Source: Obrimoposthia wandeli
Taxonomy: Eukaryota
Direction of reading: 5' to 3'
Length of the DNA stretch: 64,000 nt
Assembly: GCA_977020255.1 (NCBI GenBank)
Contig: CDROCS010005962.1
Location: 1 to 64,000 of the forward strand
In this document: positions 59,405 through 64,000 of the stretch, in pieces
Layout: every line of letters starts with the position of its first letter
Position numbering within the stretch: the first letter of the stretch is position 1
Program-made: the position numbers and the translations under genes
The notes under the pieces: model-generated
Told to the model about the DNA's origin: nothing
The model's database searches: none
The model's input: only the letters and a program-made list of their open reading frames with translations

Positions 59405-60577
59405 GTGTTTATAGATTTATTTCTCACCCTGAGAAAGCACAAAGTACCGGTGAGCTTACGTGAGCTACTCGATCTTATTGCATTACTAAAAAAGGGCGTT
59501 GTATTTGCTGATGTCGAAGCTTTTTATCAGTTGGCCAGAATCGTGATGGTGAAAGACGAAATTCACTATGATAAATTCGATGGCGCCTTTGCTGAATACT
59601 TTGACGGTGTACAGAAAATAGATATTTTCGATAACGTGATACCAGATGAATGGTTAAGAAAAAAGTTTGAAAGTCAGCTTAGCCAAGAAGAAAAAGACAA
59701 GTTAAAGGCGATGGGCGGCCTTGATGAGTTAATGAAAACCCTGAAAGAACGCCTTGCTGAGCAGGAAAAACGCCACGAAGGGGGTAACAAGTGGGTTGGT
59801 ACCGGTGGTAAATCACCTTTTGGTGCTTATGGTTATAATCCTGAAGGTATTCGTGTCGGGCAAGATGGCAACCGTAATAATCGTGCGGTAAAAGTGTGGG
59901 ATAAACGTGAGTTTAAAAACTTCGACCAAGACCGAGAGTTAGGCACACGTAATATAAAATTAGCGCTGAAAAAACTGAGAAAGTTTGCTCGCACGGGTGC
60001 TAGCGAAAAGCTTGATATTAACACCACTATTCGCCATACCGCACAAAATGGTGGTTTACTCGACGTGCACATGGAGCCAGAGCGTCATAACTCAGTCAAA
60101 GTGTTAATGTTTTTTGATATTGGTGGCTCAATGGATGAATACATTCATACCTGTGAAGAATTATTTTCTGCTGCTCATACCGAATTTAAACATCTAGAGT
60201 TTTTCTATTTTCATAATTGCGTTTACGAAAGCTTATGGAAAGACAATAGCCGCAGGCGCAGTGATACCGTTGATTTAGAAGAAATCATCAGAACCTTCGG
60301 CAGAGATTATAAAGTATTGTTTGTTGGCGATGCCACCATGGGGCCTTATGAAATAACCGCGGCCGGTGGCAGTGTAGAACATTGGAATAAAAAACCAGGT
60401 ATTGACTATATGCAGCGTATTCTTGGCCACTTTAATAAGGTGGCTTGGTTAAACCCACAGCCTGAAAACGAATGGGATTATCATCATTCCATTTCGGTGA
60501 TTAAAGCTCTCGTGGGCGACAGAATGTTTCCGCTGACAGTTGACGGTATTGGCCGAGCAATTAAAGAAGTCAGTTAA
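59405..60577 (+). CDS. VWA-domain protein (CoxE-like) partner of MoxR
   Basis: DIGGSMD MIDAS-like motif, YFHNC, VGDA.M and WLNP. GTG start. Confidence 0.85.
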   Translation: MFIDLFLTLRKHKVPVSLRELLDLIALLKKGVVFADVEAFYQLARIVMVKDEIHYDKFDGAFAEYFDGVQKIDIFDNVIPDEWLRKKFESQLSQEEKDKLKAMGGLDELMKTLKERLAEQEKRHEGGNKWVGTGGKSPFGAYGYNPEGIRVGQDGNRNNRAVKVWDKREFKNFDQDRELGTRNIKLALKKLRKFARTGASEKLDINTTIRHTAQNGGLLDVHMEPERHNSVKVLMFFDIGGSMDEYIHTCEELFSAAHTEFKHLEFFYFHNCVYESLWKDNSRRRSDTVDLEEIIRTFGRDYKVLFVGDATMGPYEITAAGGSVEHWNKKPGIDYMQRILGHFNKVAWLNPQPENEWDYHHSISVIKALVGDRMFPLTVDGIGRAIKEVS

Positions 60578-60668
60578 CTTAGCTTAGCTTAGAAATAGGC
60601 AAAGTAAACCACTCAAACGCATAGCAATAATATTAGGATTACAACTAACAATAATAAAATGATGGGGA

Positions 60669-61580
60669 ATGACGATGGAGTTTTTAAGAACTGACGACAG
60701 TTGCTTTGCAGATCTAGATGGTTATAGCTTTGCACCGAACTATTTATTGGTTGATGATACTGAAGGCGCGCAACTACGAGTACATTATGTTGATGAAGGC
60801 CCCAAAGATGCCACGCCAATATTATTAATGCATGGCGAACCATCATGGGGCTATCTTTATCGTAAAATGATCCCGCCACTTGTCGCGGCTGGCTATCGTG
60901 TTATTGCCCCTGATTTAATTGGCTTTGGCCGTTCAGACAAACCAACCAAACGCACCGATTACACTTACCAACGCCATGTTGACTGGATGGGCAGTGTGCT
61001 TGAGCAATTACAATTAATCGACATTACGTTATTTTGTCAAGATTGGGGCGGGCTAATTGGTTTGCGTTTAGTCGCTGAAAAAAGTGATCGCTTTGCGCGT
61101 GTTGTTGCGGCAAACACTATGTTGCCCACAGGAGAATATTCACCCGGTGAAGCCTTTAGTCAATGGCAGAAATACTCTCAAGAAGTTGCTGAATTTCCGG
61201 CCGGCGGCATTATCAATGGCGGTACCACTTCAGAGTTAACCCCTGAATCTATTGCTGCCTACAATGCGCCTTATCCAGAAGAAAAATACAAAGAGGGCGC
61301 TCGACAGTTTCCATTATTGGTGCCAACTAGTCTAGATGATCCCGCCTCTAAAAGTAATATTGCCGCTTGGCAGGTGTTATCAAAATGGCAAAAACCTTTT
61401 TTGACTGCATTTAGTGACAACGATCCGATCACCTCTGGTGGCGATAAAATAATGCAAAAGCTTATTCCAGGCACCAAAGGGCAAGCTCATACTACGATTG
61501 TAAATGGCGGACATTTCTTACAAGAAGATCAAGGGGAGAAATTAGCCGAGGTGATTATTGATTTTATTGTGGCTAGCTAA
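60669..61580 (+). CDS. Haloalkane dehalogenase (alpha/beta hydrolase, DhlA-like)
   Basis: HGEPSW, QDWGG nucleophile motif, F.DND.IT and GHFLQED. Confidence 0.85.
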   Translation: MTMEFLRTDDSCFADLDGYSFAPNYLLVDDTEGAQLRVHYVDEGPKDATPILLMHGEPSWGYLYRKMIPPLVAAGYRVIAPDLIGFGRSDKPTKRTDYTYQRHVDWMGSVLEQLQLIDITLFCQDWGGLIGLRLVAEKSDRFARVVAANTMLPTGEYSPGEAFSQWQKYSQEVAEFPAGGIINGGTTSELTPESIAAYNAPYPEEKYKEGARQFPLLVPTSLDDPASKSNIAAWQVLSKWQKPFLTAFSDNDPITSGGDKIMQKLIPGTKGQAHTTIVNGGHFLQEDQGEKLAEVIIDFIVAS

Positions 61581-61917
61581 TGGTTAAATCTAGAAGATAG
61601 CGCAGACTTTTTATGCTGATGTTACATTTCTATCAACGTTAAGATGAGTGAAAATTACTTAATCGGTTCCTCTTCTCCCATGATTCCAAGTGTAGGATTT
61701 TGTTGCCCATCATTAGATGGAACATGGTCATCTTCTATTCAAAAGTTTGACTCCTTCAAGGGCAGTAATATCTATATTTCGATGATATTGGTCATTTTAC
61801 TCAAACTCAGGGGTATGAAGTTATGGGTTAATGTATTAACATATTATGAAACGGACTTATCTCTACTGAGCCTGAAATACTGAAGTGTTAATTATCTAGC
61901 ATGGAGTTTGATGAAAA

Positions 61918-62606
61918 ATGAAAATATACAAATTTCGAGAAAAAGAGGATTATATTTTCTACCTTTCAGAGATTATTTCAGACACTGTAAAATATAAAGA
62001 AAGGCTTAATCGTTATCTAACTGAAATTAGCGATTTAGTCGCTTTAAACCCCGACGCCAAAGTCATTGATAGTACTTATTGGGAGTATATGGGAACTTCG
62101 GACAGTGATGGCAATAGCCATATAACCATATTACACTTATTTAATAAACGTTGTTATGATGAATCCAAAAGCGCATTTTCGTACAATTTACGAAGCTGCT
62201 GATACGCCATGCCTAGGTACTAAATTTGGGTATAAAACGAAAGAAGCCCAAATGTCAAATAAGCTTTAACCAACCACCTGTAGAAATCGAGTGTTACCCA
62301 GAATCTTTATTGACCAATAAACGAGAGATATTTGAAATTACAGGGGTTGAGATTGATAAATATAAAGAAACAGTACCATTGGAAGTGTATAAGTACTTCG
62401 AAATTGAGTATTTAACTTCACTAAAAACTGAATTAGCAGACGTTGTTTCGAGTGTGGAGGTTTTAGAGAGCCGAATGATGCAAGATTACTTAAAATTGGC
62501 AGGTGTCCATTTTCAGGTATCTTTGATCTACTTAAAGGTTAAGCCATATAAAATCATGGATGTAGTACAAGCTTCTCTAAATACCCAAACTAAAAAGCAA
62601 CTATAA
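61918..62606 (+). pseudogene. AT-rich hypothetical gene split into two ORFs
   Basis: ORFs 61918..62202 and 62226..62606 are colinear and end directly in an attC-like site. Confidence 0.5.
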
Positions 62607-62692
62607 GTCATTTAAAAGGACAAAAAACAGTTGGCTTTTGCTCCTTCGTCGCTTATTTTAGCTAACAATTTTTTGTCTCTTATTTAGGCGTT
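62601..62692 (+). other. attC-like site
   Basis: TAAGTCATTTAAAAGGACAAAAAACAGTTGGC..AGCTAACAATTTTTTGTCTCTTATTTAGGCGTT is an imperfect palindrome ending in GCGTT. Confidence 0.7.
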
Positions 62693-62813
62693 GAGGCTGT
62701 ATAATTTATTCAAAGTGGAAAATGACGGATGAAATTTATGTTCGAAGAGCCTGTAAAAGTCATTTTATAGTAGAATATTGCCTCAGATTTCACGTAGAAA
62801 TTACACAGACACC
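62693..62813. mobile_element. GAGGCTGTA-family element, copy B (internally shortened)
   Basis: Begins right after GTT, aligns with 7364-7447, and ends TAGAAATTACACAGACAC (compare TAGAAATTCTACAGGCTC in copy A). Confidence 0.55.
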
Positions 62814-62844
62814 CATTCTAAAATTAATCCTTCCTTAATTCCTC

Positions 62845-62908
62845 GTCAAAATAAGCGACATAGGAGAAAAAACTAACTGTTGTTTGTCCTTTCAAGTGAC
62901 TTGTTATA
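62845..62908 (-). other. Inverted partial attC-like site upstream of parD
   Basis: The reverse complement TATAACAAGTCACTTGAAAGGACAAACAACAGTTAG..TCGCTTATTTT closely matches 62601-62660. Confidence 0.7.
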
Positions 62909-62958
62909 TTTTTTATACCATAATATATTATATCTAGGTACTTATGAGGTTTTATATT

Positions 62959-63198
62959 ATGGCTAAAAATACAAGCGTAACATTAGGCGATCACTTTGAT
63001 CAGTTTATAAACCAACAACTTAACACTGGCCGTTATGGCTCAGCAAGTGAAATTGTTAGAGCTGGATTAAGAGCTTTGGAAGACCAAGAGGCTAAGCTAT
63101 TAAATTTACGTAATATGCTAGTCCAAGGTGAACAAAGCGGTGTTGCCGAGTACAGCTATGAAAACCTATTAACAGAATTAGATAAAGATAACCATTAA
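62959..63198 (+). CDS. parD: ParD-type antitoxin (RHH)
   Basis: KNTSVTLG.HF..FI..Q...GRYGSASEIVRAGLRALE motif. Confidence 0.9.
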   Translation: MAKNTSVTLGDHFDQFINQQLNTGRYGSASEIVRAGLRALEDQEAKLLNLRNMLVQGEQSGVAEYSYENLLTELDKDNH

Positions 63199-63491
63199 TG
63201 GAAAAGTTTGTATTATCTTCGAAAGCAAAAACAGACTTAATAAAAATAGCTAAATATACTCAAATAACGTGGGGACTTTCCCAGCGAAATGATTACCTTA
63301 AAGTATTAGATAATACGTTTCATTTATTGTCGGGTGATCCCGAGCTAGGCATTAACTGTGATTACATTAGAGAAGGCTATAGTAAATATCCGCAAGCTAG
63401 TCATGTAATTTATTACAAAGAATATAAGAACAACCAGATATTTATAGTGCGGATATTGCATAAAAGCATGGATGTTAACTCCGGACTCTAA
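63198..63491 (+). CDS. parE: ParE/RelE-family toxin
   Basis: LSSKAKTDL..I..YT..WG..Q, HVIYY and VRILHKSMD motifs; TAATG coupling to parD. Confidence 0.9.
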   Translation: MEKFVLSSKAKTDLIKIAKYTQITWGLSQRNDYLKVLDNTFHLLSGDPELGINCDYIREGYSKYPQASHVIYYKEYKNNQIFIVRILHKSMDVNSGL

Positions 63492-63788
63492 TAAAAATAT
63501 CAACTTTTATCAGGCCACCCATAATAACTTACCTATATTTCACCCCGTGTATTTACCATGGGTGGCAAAGTAAATGAATGAAGTAAATGATGTAAATGCC
63601 GCCAACCGTTAGCAGTAAAATCAAAGCTCACGGTTAACATCGGCTTTGATAAGGTAAAAAAAAGTGAGCACGGTTTAGGCGCTCACTTTTTATGACATTT
63701 TTACGATGGTTAATAATCTTACTTTAACAAAATCGTGCGATAGCCATTAAGCCGCTCTAAAACGGCTTATTAAGCTGATTATCAACGA

Positions 63789-64000
63789 CTATAAAGACAA
63801 TACCATTTTCGAATCAAGTTCGATGGCAGCATCTAGTGCGATTAAGATGTCTTTTCTTTCTTTTAACTTAGTGCCGTGATGCGCTTTCATATTCAATGTT
63901 AGCATTTGTTTAGCAACACTTTTCGCAGTTTCCATCAATTGCTCAGGTTCAACTAGCGTATCTAAAAACCCAGCTACAGCGGCTGTTTCAGGTGAGAATA
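63789..64000 (-). CDS. 3' end of an enoyl-CoA hydratase/crotonase (partial)
   Basis: Minus-strand frame FSPETAAVAGFLDTLVEPEQL..LNMKAHHGTKLK..*. Confidence 0.75.
   Translation of the reverse strand, partial: FSPETAAVAGFLDTLVEPEQLMETAKSVAKQMLTLNMKAHHGTKLKERKDILIALDAAIELDSKMVLSL

Noticed and set aside
56-61477. Many short ORF-track entries antisense to or nested within long genes (for example 56..433, 17859..18344, 37267..37794, 48934..49458)
   Set aside because: They are shadow frames of well-supported CDSs or of MITEs and have no motifs of their own.
1-64000. CRISPR array
   Set aside because: There are no regularly spaced repeats with unique spacers and no cas genes; the repeats seen are tandem or MITE-type.

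Overview
Chromosomal window from an AT-rich marine gammaproteobacterium. The gene set and repeat families suggest Colwelliaceae/Alteromonadales, which is an inference. From left to right: (1) the tail of a MoxR-type DUF58-BatA-DUF4175-like membrane operon whose BatA gene is scrambled; (2) a DUF418 gene with integron-cassette boundaries, followed by a 5'-only group II intron remnant; (3) a cytochrome c-FTR1 iron permease with a Fur-like box; (4) a signalling operon encoding a soluble triple-PAS hybrid kinase, CheR, CheB and a REC-PAS-GGDEF-EAL protein, then a umuC remnant; (5) the core block tRNA-Pro(GGG)-yejM-yejL-yejK-pyrC-queD-like-M23-radical SAM; (6) porin/SBP, MCP, TonB receptor, FG-GAP cassette and flxA-like genes; (7) a ~19 kb LysR-linked lipid catabolic region with a TonB receptor and an LvaA/LvaC (ACAD10/11)-like kinase and dehydrogenase pair; (8) MoxR-VWA-haloalkane dehalogenase; (9) two convergent attC-like sites and a parDE toxin-antitoxin pair. 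There are two leading candidates for an undescribed system. One is the LysR-boxed hydroxy-acyl-CoA catabolic regulon. The other is a set of scattered, integrase-less cassettes whose GTT cores abut a small inverted-repeat element family. All family assignments come from motif recognition by eye; no database search was run.
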